This document shows, one piece after another, positions 19,835 through 30,777 of a stretch of 64,000 nt of DNA. Made by a program: the position numbers and the translations under genes. Each line of letters opens with the position of its first letter. Position 1 is the first letter of the stretch. Source of the stretch: Alphaproteobacteria bacterium (GTDB taxonomy: Bacteria; Pseudomonadota; Alphaproteobacteria; Rs-D84); NCBI GenBank assembly GCA_033345195.1, contig JAWPOE010000004.1, positions 108,005-172,004 on the forward strand, read 5' to 3'. Under the pieces are notes generated by a model that worked only from the letters and a program-made list of their open reading frames with translations, had not been told where the DNA came from and did no database searches.

Positions 19835-20373
19835 TATTTTTTATTTTGTTCTGCATAACTGGGACGCAGGTACATTGGCACCGCAGGTTCATTGTCGCCA
19901 TTTGCAATTTTTTCTGCGACAACTTTTACCCCCAGTTTTAAATCGAATGGTTTATGACCGACGGTACGCGCCCATTCCATCTGCTTTGTTTCGATTTCTT
20001 CGATTTGCATTGTTTGCGGTTCTAATCCGTTCGCCGCGACAAAGAAATCACCGCGCCCCGAATCGATTGCAACAAAGGCATCTGGTGTCGCCGCCAGATA
20101 TAAATCAAATGCACTGATACCAACAACTGGAATATTTAACCCCATTGCAATCCCTTTGGCGTATGCGATACCCAGGCGAATGCCTGTAAAACTGCCTGGA
20201 CCAACAACGATACCGATTGCATCAATTTCACGCCATGACGCGCCACATTCTGTTATAAACTTTTCGCATTCTGTCGGCAATGCAACAGATTGCTTTTCCA
20301 CCACAACAGATTTGTATTTATCATCCAATACAAATTCTAAATCTTTACCTGATGTATTTATAACAAGAATCAT
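19834..20373 (-). CDS. tsaB: tRNA threonylcarbamoyladenosine biosynthesis protein TsaB (YeaZ)
   Basis: AIGIVVGPGSFTGIRLGIAYAKGIA is the YeaZ/TsaB fold signature; 179 aa. Confidence 0.85.
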   Translation of the reverse strand: MILVINTSGKDLEFVLDDKYKSVVVEKQSVALPTECEKFITECGASWREIDAIGIVVGPGSFTGIRLGIAYAKGIAMGLNIPVVGISAFDLYLAATPDAFVAIDSGRGDFFVAANGLEPQTMQIEEIETKQMEWARTVGHKPFDLKLGVKVVAEKIANGDNEPAVPMYLRPSYAEQNKK

Positions 20374-20672
20374 CTTCCGCGCTCCTTGGCATTCAGTGTT
20401 TCAAATACGGCGCGTGCCAACATGCCGTCGCCATCATACTGCAATGTTTTTTTATTCGCAGATACGATGTTTTCAACCCGCAGTCTATATGAATATGGCG
20501 CGTTTGGATATCGGATATCAGCAATACTTCTTTCAGATAATACGTGTGTTTTTCCCAAAGACATTTCATAACAATAAGATACGGATATATCGGCTATATT
20601 GTATTTCCCTTTGGGTTTTGTTCTTAAATTATTAATTTTATCAAAAAAAATTGCCATTTCCAAATTATTCAT
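20370..20672 (-). CDS. hypothetical protein
   Basis: 100 aa ORF with 4-nt overlap with tsaB; no recognisable domain. Confidence 0.45.
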   Translation of the reverse strand: MNNLEMAIFFDKINNLRTKPKGKYNIADISVSYCYEMSLGKTHVLSERSIADIRYPNAPYSYRLRVENIVSANKKTLQYDGDGMLARAVFETLNAKERGR

Positions 20673-20686
20673 ATCATATATCCTTG

Positions 20687-22450
20687 TTATACGCGTGCAT
20701 TAAATCCAATTTTTTTATTAAAACCGGCAGATTTTCGAACAGATAACAGTTCATCAATTTTTTCTGGTGTAAATTCTGTTTTGATATCTTCGCAGTTATT
20801 TTCCAACAAAGAGCGGCGCAGAATCGCGGTCAGTTCGCGCTTAATTTCGCGCACACCTTGTTCAGATGTATAGTTTTGAATAATATGCTTAATCGAATCA
20901 TCAGAAATAACGATATCTTCAACGTTCCATCCCGTATCGCGTGCCGAGCGTTCAATTAAATGTTCGCGTACAATTTTAATCTTGTCGTCCATTGAATAGC
21001 CTGGAATCTCAATAATTTCCATACGGTCTTTCAACGCGTTTGACAGGTTTAAGCTGTTTGCAGTCGCGATAAACATAACCTTAGACAAATCGAAATCAAC
21101 TTCTAAATAATGGTCGCGAAATGTTTTGTTTTGTTCAGGGTCTAAAATTTCCAATAATGCGGATTCTGGGTCGCCACGCCAATCACGCCCCATTTTATCA
21201 ATTTCATCCAACACAATCACAGGGTTGTTTGTTTTACAGCGTTTTAATGCATCCATAATACGACCTGTTTGCGCGCCAATATATGTTTTGCGATGGCCAC
21301 GGAAATGTGCCTCATCAGATATTCCGCCCAATGATATACGTTGATATTTGCGCCCCAGCGCAGTCGCAATCGATTTGCCCAACGATGTTTTTCCAACACC
21401 CGGCGCACCAACAAAGCACAGTATTGTACCCTGATTGGATTTTGTTTTTTTCATAACCGCAATATGCTCCAAAATGCGTTCTTTGACAGCCTGCATTCCG
21501 GAATGTTCAGAATCCAAAACTTCGCGTGCTTTTTTCAGGTCAATTGGCGCATCGTCAGATTTATCCCACGGCATCGCCAACAGTTCGTCCAGATATGTTT
21601 TTAACAAACCGCCTTCGTTTGACATTGGTGACATGGAACGCATACGTTTCCATTCATTCATTGCTTTTTCTTTGGCGTCATTTGGCATTGCCGATTTTTG
21701 AATCTTTTTGCGAATGTTTGCAGTATCCATTTCACCGTCATCTTCGCCCATTTCCTTTTGCAACGCACGCATTTTTTCTTGCAAGATTGCTTCGCGGCGT
21801 CCCTGTTCCATCTGTTGATGAATACGTTTGTTAATTGATTCTTCAATCTTAACGGTTTCCGCCATCAATTTGACTTCTTCTAACAAGATTGTCAGTTTCT
21901 TTTCCCAACTGTCTGCGCACAAAACCTTTACCGCAACATCGGTGTCGATATCAGCTGTTTGAATAACAGAATCAACAAACGCGGGCAGGGGATAATTATT
22001 TACCACATTGCGTAATTTTTCGGCTTTGAATTTACGTGTTGATGACGCTAATGCCTGCATATTGTCTGCCAGAATATCGCGCAACATTTGTGTCTGTTCC
22101 GCGTTCATATCGTCGGCAATTTTTATTATCTCTGTTGTGGCAGAAAACAGGCCGTCTTTAACCTCTATCTCGCGCAGGGCGACAACATCTGTTGTACGAA
22201 CCAACGCATGAATCGCGCCATCTGGCATGGTTAAAATTTGAACGACGTCCGCCATTGTCCCGAAATGATAAATATCATCAACATTTGTTGGGTATGACCA
22301 ACTGTGTTGTGGAACTAAAATCAATTGATGATGTCCTGCGCCTGTTGCGGTTTTAACGCATGATACAGACATTTGATTATCGATTAACACTGGTACGGTC
22401 AGCCCAGGCGACACGACCAAATCACGAAATGGTAAAATATAGTTTCTCAT
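20687..22450 (-). CDS. lon: Lon-like ATPase (Lon N-domain plus AAA+ module) lacking the S16 peptidase domain
   Basis: collinear with E. coli Lon from residue about 10 to the AAA+/protease junction (GAPGVGKTS, DEIDK, ends ...IDELLSVRKSAGFNKKIGFNARV where E. coli has LGVQRFDYG); stop falls exactly where the protease domain should begin, and the next 600 nt encode unrelated ORFs. Confidence 0.85.
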   Translation of the reverse strand: MRNYILPFRDLVVSPGLTVPVLIDNQMSVSCVKTATGAGHHQLILVPQHSWSYPTNVDDIYHFGTMADVVQILTMPDGAIHALVRTTDVVALREIEVKDGLFSATTEIIKIADDMNAEQTQMLRDILADNMQALASSTRKFKAEKLRNVVNNYPLPAFVDSVIQTADIDTDVAVKVLCADSWEKKLTILLEEVKLMAETVKIEESINKRIHQQMEQGRREAILQEKMRALQKEMGEDDGEMDTANIRKKIQKSAMPNDAKEKAMNEWKRMRSMSPMSNEGGLLKTYLDELLAMPWDKSDDAPIDLKKAREVLDSEHSGMQAVKERILEHIAVMKKTKSNQGTILCFVGAPGVGKTSLGKSIATALGRKYQRISLGGISDEAHFRGHRKTYIGAQTGRIMDALKRCKTNNPVIVLDEIDKMGRDWRGDPESALLEILDPEQNKTFRDHYLEVDFDLSKVMFIATANSLNLSNALKDRMEIIEIPGYSMDDKIKIVREHLIERSARDTGWNVEDIVISDDSIKHIIQNYTSEQGVREIKRELTAILRRSLLENNCEDIKTEFTPEKIDELLSVRKSAGFNKKIGFNARV

Positions 22451-22507
22451 AGTGAGATAAATATAAAACTTTTTTATATTTTTTCAAGACATACTTACAC
22501 AGATAAA

Positions 22508-22535
22508 AAACCCACCGTTTGGTGGGTCTTTTTAT
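22508..22535. terminator. terminator hairpin downstream of rubrerythrin
   Basis: aaaaacccaccgtttggtgggtcttttt. Confidence 0.55.
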
Positions 22536-23155
22536 TAGTCAATGTTTGTGTATTCACAAAAGCCTTCATTCGTATCACAGCGTGAAATTGTTCCTTCGCT
22601 GATGAAATAGCCTTGTGCATGTAAACATGCTGGACATACTTTTGGTGCTTCTGTTCCAATATGCCACATGCCACAGTTTGTGCAACGCCACATAACGATT
22701 TTATCTTGTTTAAAGATTGTGCCGTCTTCGACCGCTTCGGCCAATGCGCGGAAACGTGATTCGTGATAGCGTTCTGCATAACCAATGTTTTTCAAAATTT
22801 CTGCAATTGCAGGGAAGCCTTCCTGCGCTGCGATTTGTGCAAACTTTGGATACATTTCTGTGTTTTCTTCGTGTTCGCCATATGCCGCCGCTTGCAGGTT
22901 TTCCAATGTTGTGCCAATTTTGCCTGCTGGGAAAGATGCAGTAATTTCAATATCGCCACCCTCCAAGAATTTAAACAAGCGTGATGCGTGTTCTTTTTCT
23001 TGGTCTGCGGTTTCTAAAAAGATTTTAGAAATTGCCTGAAACCCTTCTTTCTTTGCAGCAGACGCAAACATTGTATAGCGGTTACGTGCCTGTGATTCGC
23101 CGGCGAACGCAATCAACAGATTCTTTTCTGTTTGTGTACCCTTTAATGATACCAT
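22535..23155 (-). CDS. rbr: rubrerythrin
   Basis: ferritin-like di-iron domain plus C-terminal rubredoxin-like CTNCG...CPAC; AAGGAGAA RBS. Confidence 0.9.
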   Translation of the reverse strand: MVSLKGTQTEKNLLIAFAGESQARNRYTMFASAAKKEGFQAISKIFLETADQEKEHASRLFKFLEGGDIEITASFPAGKIGTTLENLQAAAYGEHEENTEMYPKFAQIAAQEGFPAIAEILKNIGYAERYHESRFRALAEAVEDGTIFKQDKIVMWRCTNCGMWHIGTEAPKVCPACLHAQGYFISEGTISRCDTNEGFCEYTNID

Positions 23156-23230
23156 AGGTGCTTCTCCTTTTGCTTTGTGTTATGTTTCTGATGCGAATTG
23201 TAACAGAGGTTATATCAAATTGCAAAAAAA

Positions 23231-24758
<1,528 letters not shown>

Positions 24759-24766
24759 TTAAAAAC

Positions 24767-24795
24767 TTGCAATTTCCAGTCCAAAAGACTATAAT
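24767..24795 (+). promoter_or_regulatory. sigma70-type promoter of ssrA (TTGCAA-17 nt-TATAAT)
   Basis: perfect -35/-10 hexamers with 17-nt spacer, about 7 nt upstream of the predicted 5-prime end of the tmRNA acceptor piece. Confidence 0.6.
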
Positions 24796-24801
24796 TATAT
24801 G

Positions 24802-25150
24802 GCTGCATTGCAGTGATGATTCTGAAACCGTTGTGAAATAGTCATTATGGACTGGGGGGCGGTACCCCACAGCTCCACCATTTCTTGATACGATTATTGG
24901 TCGTATTTGGGAATGGGGCTGACATAGATTCGACAGATGATGAAAGACAAATTGGCTGAATCCGACATGGCGTCGTAAAAAGCCGACTAAAAACTGAATG
25001 GCGATAGAATCGCTGCGAACGACAATGTTCGCCTTGCAATGGCTGCCTAAGAATGGCGTTGAATATGGTTGGCGATTGTTGACTGTATTCGTTTAAGCGA
25101 TTGCGGTGTTCGCCGGGTACATGGCACCAGAAACCCGGCATTTAATTTTG
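24802..25150 (+). ncRNA. ssrA: two-piece (circularly permuted) tmRNA gene: acceptor piece about 24802-24880 ending in CCA, intervening segment, coding piece about 24915-25150
   Basis: acceptor piece ends ...ggggggcggtaccccaCAGCTCCACCA (tRNA-Ala-like 3-prime strand plus CCA); coding piece starts GGGGCTGACATAGATTCGACAG (cf. E. coli GGGGCUGAUUCUGGAUUCGACGGG); tag ORF 25015-25050 GCG AAC GAC AAT GTT CGC CTT GCA ATG GCT GCC TAA encodes ANDNVRLAMAA; terminal hairpin gccgggt..acccggc plus T-run; this permuted gene order is established for alphaproteobacteria. Confidence 0.8.
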
Positions 25151-25184
25151 TTTATATTGTTATAACACAGGGAAAGGACAAAAA

Positions 25185-25412
25185 ATGTTTGGAAAAATCA
25201 AGAAAATATTTTTTACCGGCGTATTTGGCGCATTATACATTTCGTTTTTGGCACAATTGGTATATATTTTGGGCTGGGTACTTGGTATTGAAAACAAATT
25301 AATCGGCTTGGGGCTGTTGTCTTTGGAATGGTTAATTTTGATTGCTGCGCGCTATCTGTCAAAACGTTCCAGCAACAATGCCCAATACAACGGATATAAC
25401 CGCCGTCGTTAA
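25185..25412 (+). CDS. small hydrophobic (2-TM) protein, hypothetical
   Basis: 75 aa ORF with GGGAAAGGA RBS; followed by its own terminator aaatcggcccaccattggtgggtttttt at about 25430-25460. Confidence 0.4.
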   Translation: MFGKIKKIFFTGVFGALYISFLAQLVYILGWVLGIENKLIGLGLLSLEWLILIAARYLSKRSSNNAQYNGYNRRR

Positions 25413-25527
25413 TTGTATTGGTTTGCGATAAATCGGCCCACCATTGGTGGGTTTTTTATTGCGTTATCTTATTGATTCGAAGAAAAATATCCTATAATAT
25501 GCACTTATAAGTTAAAGAGGTTAATCC

Positions 25528-26484
25528 ATGGTAACAACAAAAAAACAACCCTTAATTTCTGTAATAATTCCGGTTTATAACGCGGAATCCTTTCTGTCGA
25601 CGTGTTTGGAATATTTGATTCATCAAACATATAAAAATCTGGAATTTATCATTATTGATGACGGCAGTACGGATAATTCTGCATCTGTATACAAAAAGTA
25701 TGCAAAACAAGACAAACGTTTTAAAATCGTGCGCCAGGAAAATTCCGGCCCCGCAAATGCGCGAAACAAGGGCTTGTCACTGGCAACAGGTGATTATGTT
25801 CATTTCCACGACAGCGATGATTACGTCGAACAGGATTATTATGAAAAGATTGTAAATGCAATTACATTAAGTGATGCGGATATTATCTGTGGCGAGGTTG
25901 TTGAAACGGGTTATATGTTTCCAACATTTGATAGGGTGCATATATTGTGTTCATTAATGGATAAAATTGTTGTCACGCGTGCAAATCTGTTTAATGTTGT
26001 TTGGCGTTTTGTTTATAGTCGTGCCTTCTTAAAGAAACATAAATTGAAATATCCGACCAATATGTTTATTGGCGAAGACACCCAATTTATGATGCGTGCG
26101 ACGTATTTTGCCGAAACAATCGCAACTGCACCCGGTGCAAAATATCACTGTATCAGTATGCCTTCGTCGCTTGGCAAAAACGCTGCAAAGATTATGCGCG
26201 GTCGTGCGAATGGCATTAATGCAGAACATGCAGAATATGATCGTTTTATGACAGATAGTGGAATGCGCCAAATAATATCTGAAATAAATCAGGGGATTTT
26301 GATCGCACGTGAACGTTTCGAATTTTTGCGTATCCCATTGTTTATGAAAAAGTTTTATTCAAATGGCGACATAAAGTTTTGTGCATTAAATATCCCGTTG
26401 TTTACACGAAAACAATCCCATAACCGTATTCAGTATTTTGTATGCGGACTATATGTATTTCGTCGTTATACGCGTTCGGCATAA
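25528..26484 (+). CDS. family-2 glycosyltransferase
   Basis: SVIIPVYNAE...IIIDDGSTD...DSDD motifs of the GT2/GT-A fold. Confidence 0.85.
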   Translation: MVTTKKQPLISVIIPVYNAESFLSTCLEYLIHQTYKNLEFIIIDDGSTDNSASVYKKYAKQDKRFKIVRQENSGPANARNKGLSLATGDYVHFHDSDDYVEQDYYEKIVNAITLSDADIICGEVVETGYMFPTFDRVHILCSLMDKIVVTRANLFNVVWRFVYSRAFLKKHKLKYPTNMFIGEDTQFMMRATYFAETIATAPGAKYHCISMPSSLGKNAAKIMRGRANGINAEHAEYDRFMTDSGMRQIISEINQGILIARERFEFLRIPLFMKKFYSNGDIKFCALNIPLFTRKQSHNRIQYFVCGLYVFRRYTRSA

Positions 26485-26489
26485 AAATA

Positions 26490-26526
26490 TACGCCAAAAA
26501 AATCCCCATTTTGGGGATTTTTTATT
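26490..26526. terminator. bidirectional terminator between convergent genes (AAATCCCC..GGGGATTT family)
   Basis: aaaaaaatccccattttggggatttttt. Confidence 0.55.
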
Positions 26527-27763
26527 TGCTTATACAATTCGAAAATTGCTGTGCAACTGACGATGTCTCAGATGGTGTCATTTGTGCAACCTGCACAATA
26601 AAACATCTGGCACCGTCGCGAACAATAAATACTTTTGTGCCTTTGACATATGCCTGTTGCATGTTATCGACCTGCGCCGTTGTAAAGAACGGGTTTTGCG
26701 TTAATGCTGTATTTGTTAATGCTGCTTGAACCGCCTGTGATGCGCGATCATATGTATAAATCTGTTCGCTCATTGATTCTACTTCCATCCAGGTTGGCCA
26801 AAACTGATACGGATTTTCTGCTTTTTTTTGTTCGCCTGGCCCAATCGCGACACCCGTTGCCAGTGCTGCAATCGTTTGCAGATTGCTTGGTTGTGATGCG
26901 CCAGATGATTTTGTTGCCATGTTTAATTGCAGATTATCACCGCACGCCAAATTCATACGATTAACGTAGTCTGCCAAGACAGAATTGACCGCCATTTCCC
27001 AATTTTCACCCTTGCTGTTCATCTCCAGGCTAACAATCTTTTCCGCCCAGCCCCAAACACTTGCGCCTGTATTCCCTGCGTTGGCAAAGCGCGTCACCAT
27101 TTCTGCACTGCCCCCCGGAACACCTGCACCGCAATAGTCGGTTAATTGTGTCCTCAACATGCTGTCTGTTTCGTTTCCATATGCCATTGCTGCCGAATGA
27201 CATGCCATCGCTGCCTCTAATTCCTGGCGACGTTGCAGGCACAAATCAGAATGCTGTTTTGACAACTGATTTGCCATATTTGCCATTGACAGATACGCCA
27301 TCAGTTCTTGTTGAACATATGATGGGCAAAGGCGTGCAGCAGTATTCATGCCATTTTTTCCATTCATGGTATTTACGCCGTACTGTGGTAATAAAATACT
27401 TGTGTCGCGTTGCAGACACAGCAATGCATAATTATATAGTTCGCTTTCTGTTGCATACTTGCATTTTGATTCGCGTACACCTGGCACAACCGTTGTGTCG
27501 CCACAGTATTCGGTCAGGCATGCAAAAATACGTTCACGACATGCCGTGTCAACGTCTGGCTGATTAATCATAAAATAATTATTCCGTTGATTTGTTTTAT
27601 ATGCGTTTGCCAAACCCGCATTTCCGCGTAATTGCGTTGTTGTATTTGAACCAACATAGTTCTTGGTACCATGAACAGTCACACCTGCCGGCGAAACAGC
27701 ATTTGCAGAATTTGCCAGCAAACATGCACCAATTATGCCGAAAATACAGAAAAAGTTCTTCAT
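26522..27763 (-). CDS. secreted protein, hypothetical
   Basis: start moved to MKNFFCIFGIIGACLLANSANA (signal peptide) preceded by GAGAGGGA RBS; about 413 aa; no known domain. Confidence 0.65.
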   Translation of the reverse strand: MKNFFCIFGIIGACLLANSANAVSPAGVTVHGTKNYVGSNTTTQLRGNAGLANAYKTNQRNNYFMINQPDVDTACRERIFACLTEYCGDTTVVPGVRESKCKYATESELYNYALLCLQRDTSILLPQYGVNTMNGKNGMNTAARLCPSYVQQELMAYLSMANMANQLSKQHSDLCLQRRQELEAAMACHSAAMAYGNETDSMLRTQLTDYCGAGVPGGSAEMVTRFANAGNTGASVWGWAEKIVSLEMNSKGENWEMAVNSVLADYVNRMNLACGDNLQLNMATKSSGASQPSNLQTIAALATGVAIGPGEQKKAENPYQFWPTWMEVESMSEQIYTYDRASQAVQAALTNTALTQNPFFTTAQVDNMQQAYVKGTKVFIVRDGARCFIVQVAQMTPSETSSVAQQFSNCISK

Positions 27764-27857
27764 AATAATCCCTCTCGTTGAAACGATTTTAACATAAATG
27801 CATAAAAAAGGCAAACATTCATTTGATTTAATAAAATAAAATGTTATCATCACGAAC

Positions 27858-28929
27858 ATGATTATTGTTTCGGACGTTTTATCGCAAATCTCAGACGACA
27901 TTTCTGCCGTCAGGGGGTTTCTTTGACCCAGAAAAATTGCAAAAACAGATTGATGAATTGAACACTCTGGTAAACGCCCCCGATTTGTGGAATAATCCAG
28001 ACAACGCGCGCGCGTTATTGCAAAAGAAGTCCGGTCTGGAAAAGACGTTGAACGACTTATTATCTATGGAATCGGAACTTTTGGGCTTGCGCGAATTGTA
28101 TGAAATGGATTCGAATGACCAAGAAATAATTTCCGCAATTGAAAATTTGGCAGATGTTGCCCATCGTGCAAAGTTTATAACGTTGTTCCGCGAACCTGCG
28201 GATAATGATGGTGCATTCTTGTTTATTCAGGCGGGTGCCGGCGGGACCGAGGCACAAGATTGGGCGCAAATGCTGTCGCGTATGTATTCGCGCTGGGCAG
28301 AACGCCATGGCTTTAGTTGCGAGGTTATAGAAGAACACGAAGGCGACACTGCTGGTATTAAAAACATAACATATCGCATATCAGGCGCGCGTGCGTACGG
28401 TTGGTTAAAAAACGAAATCGGCGTTCATCGTCTGGTTCGTATATCGCCATTTAATGCCAATGGCAAGCGTCAGACCAGTTTCGCGTCCGTCGACGTATGG
28501 CCCGATATCGATGATACAATTGAAATTGAAATTAATGACAAGGATTTACGTATTGATACATATCGGGCATCTGGTGCCGGCGGTCAACATGTTAACAAGA
28601 CAGACAGCGCGGTTCGTATCACGCACATCCCAACAAATACTGTTGTTACATGTCAGAACGAGCGCAGCCAAATTCAAAATCGCGAAATGGCGATGAAAAT
28701 GTTGCGCAGTAAATTGTATGAACTGGAAATGCAAAAGCGTGCCGCCGAAGAAGATGCCGCCAAGGCTGCGCAAAAGAAAATAGAGTGGGGCAGTCAAATC
28801 AGAAATTATGTCCTGTATCCGTATCAGTTGGTCAAAGATGTACGTACCGGCGTTGAAAAAACGGATTCGGATGCTGTTTTAGATGGTGATTTAGATGATT
28901 TTATGTTGGCGCTATTGCAACGCGGATAA
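27858..28929 (+). CDS. prfB: peptide chain release factor 2 with programmed +1 ribosomal frameshift at 27921-27926
   Basis: frame-0 MIIVSDVLSQISDDISAVRGFL then CTT TGA C slippery site preceded by AGGGGG; the +1 frame continues DPEKLQKQIDEL... with RF2 motifs SPF and GGQHVNKTDSAVR. Confidence 0.9.
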
Positions 28930-28988
28930 AACTTGACTTTCACTGTTTTGACAATAAAATATTTCTGACAACCAAAAAGATTCACGAA

Positions 28989-29816
28989 ATGAAGCAGTAT
29001 AAACTAGAAGATTGTATATATGCGATTAAAGACATGTATTCTGATGTCGTAAAAATCAAGATGCCCAAAATTGCCGGAACTCAAAATAATGTATTTTTTG
29101 CGCATACTGCTAATAACAAGGATGTCGTTTTTAAATTTTCGTCGCCTCAAATGGTTATTAAAAATGCAATGATCAGTTCTTTGTATCGCAGTTATGGTAT
29201 TCCTGTGCCAATTATTTCTGCGAATAAACATAATGGGATGTTTTTTGAAAAATATGAAATGTTGTCTGGGTGTACTTTGTTTGAAGCAATAAAAGACGGC
29301 ATGACATCGGCGCAGATTAAACAAGTTTATCGTGAAATTCTGGTCGAATTTGCCAAGATGGCACAAATTCGCCCGGACATGTTGGCGCAAAACATGATAA
29401 AAGATATTAATGGCGTCGTGTACAGGCACGTCTCAAATGTACACAATCCTGCAATGGCAGTATTGTTTGCGACGGTTGCATATTTGTTAAATATTGGGCG
29501 TGACGAAAACAAAGCTGTCTTCCATTCTGATATAACACCAAAGAATACAATTGTATCGCCAGATGGATATTTGGTTGGTTTTGTTGATATCGATTCTACA
29601 TCTGTTTGTAATAAAAGTTATGCATTTGGTGCGCTGGCGGCAAAGTATCAAGAATTGGGATTTGATATGACAGAATTGTTTGATTTTTATGAAAATAATA
29701 CCGCAGATACGCGCAGGTTAAATCGTGACAGGATTAAAGCAATGGCCAACATTACTAATTTTGGCAAGCGTTTGATGTGGCAGTTTTCTCAGCGCAAGGC
29801 AAATCATTCAAAATGA
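28989..29816 (+). CDS. aminoglycoside-phosphotransferase (APH)/choline-kinase-fold protein, paralog 1
   Basis: catalytic loop FHSDITPKNTIV and metal-binding VGFVDID of the protein-kinase-like APH family. Confidence 0.7.
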   Translation: MKQYKLEDCIYAIKDMYSDVVKIKMPKIAGTQNNVFFAHTANNKDVVFKFSSPQMVIKNAMISSLYRSYGIPVPIISANKHNGMFFEKYEMLSGCTLFEAIKDGMTSAQIKQVYREILVEFAKMAQIRPDMLAQNMIKDINGVVYRHVSNVHNPAMAVLFATVAYLLNIGRDENKAVFHSDITPKNTIVSPDGYLVGFVDIDSTSVCNKSYAFGALAAKYQELGFDMTELFDFYENNTADTRRLNRDRIKAMANITNFGKRLMWQFSQRKANHSK

Positions 29817-30601
29817 TTTCGCGCAGTACCGAATTTTATCATTCTGCAATAAAAAACGCATATCCTGATGCCACGTGTATTCGGTGCCCAGATGTACCAG
29901 GTATGATTGCGCCGATTTTTTTTGCAGATGTTCTGAAAAAGACGATAGTATGTCGTTTTAGCCTGCCTGAAATCGTTTTTAAAAACAAGATTGCCAGTGA
30001 TTTATTATGTGATTATGGTGTTCCTGTGCCTCAGACAAAGGTGCATGCGTATGTTGGAACTTGGTTTGAATCGTATGAATATTGTAAGGACAAGACGCTA
30101 TATGAACATATAAAATTAGGTTTGCCTGACGATAAAATATTTAAAGCATACGTTGGTGCATTTGAAATTCAAAATAAAATTTCAAAAATTTCTGCAAATG
30201 AATTTTGCCCTGAAAAATTTCGTGAACATGTTGATATGTTGTGCGCAACAACAAAAATACGTGGCAGACTAAGCAAGATATATAATGATATTTTGTTTAA
30301 TGCATCTGTACGTTCACCACTACGTTTATTGCACAACGATATTCATTCTAAAAATATTTTATATTCGCCAGAAACAGATCGTATTCATTTGATTGACTTA
30401 GATGCAGTATCGCTGTGTAACGAAAATTTCACAATGATGACGACTGTGCAACGCTATCCGTTAAAGAATGCGCGACAATTAATGTCTGTCTATCAAGATA
30501 TAACGGGACGTAAACTGGATGTGAATAAAATATTGTTTGCGTGTAACGCAATGCAACTATTGCATAATTTGCGCCATCCGTTTGGTATACGTCAAAAATG
30601 A
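29813..30601 (+). CDS. APH/kinase-fold protein, paralog 2 (translationally coupled by ATGA overlap)
   Basis: LHNDIHSKNILY...HLIDLD; start ATG overlaps the stop of paralog 1 (ATGA). Confidence 0.7.
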   Translation: MISRSTEFYHSAIKNAYPDATCIRCPDVPGMIAPIFFADVLKKTIVCRFSLPEIVFKNKIASDLLCDYGVPVPQTKVHAYVGTWFESYEYCKDKTLYEHIKLGLPDDKIFKAYVGAFEIQNKISKISANEFCPEKFREHVDMLCATTKIRGRLSKIYNDILFNASVRSPLRLLHNDIHSKNILYSPETDRIHLIDLDAVSLCNENFTMMTTVQRYPLKNARQLMSVYQDITGRKLDVNKILFACNAMQLLHNLRHPFGIRQK

Positions 30602-30640
30602 CGGTTAAATTTTTGGCGCACCCGGCGGATTCGCTTGACA
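30594..30640 (-). repeat. degenerate copy of the tRNA-Arg 3-prime end plus downstream flank (att-scar-like direct repeat)
   Basis: caaaaatgacggttaaatttttggcgcacccggcg occurs at 30594-30628 and again at 30757-30791; the second copy is the authentic tRNA 3-prime end. Confidence 0.6.
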
Positions 30641-30777
30641 TTATAATGTCTGTGCGGCATTCGTATACGCTCAAACATCGCGTTGCTTGTTTTCGCGAAC
30701 TCATTGTCGAACGCGGCGCGTCCAAATCGCGGGTTGCAATACAAAAATAAAACCGTCAAAAATGACGGTTAAATTTT

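Noticed and set aside
20370-20672. 100-aa ORF downstream of lon as a remnant of the Lon protease domain
   Set aside because: There is no similarity to the S16 domain (no PKDGPSAG or catalytic Ser/Lys context); it is called a separate hypothetical gene.
24845-25141. 98-aa minus-strand ORF from the six-frame track
   Set aside because: It lies entirely within the two-piece tmRNA gene (CCA end, GGGGCUG start and tag frame are all accounted for) and has no RBS; it is an artefact of the structured RNA gene.
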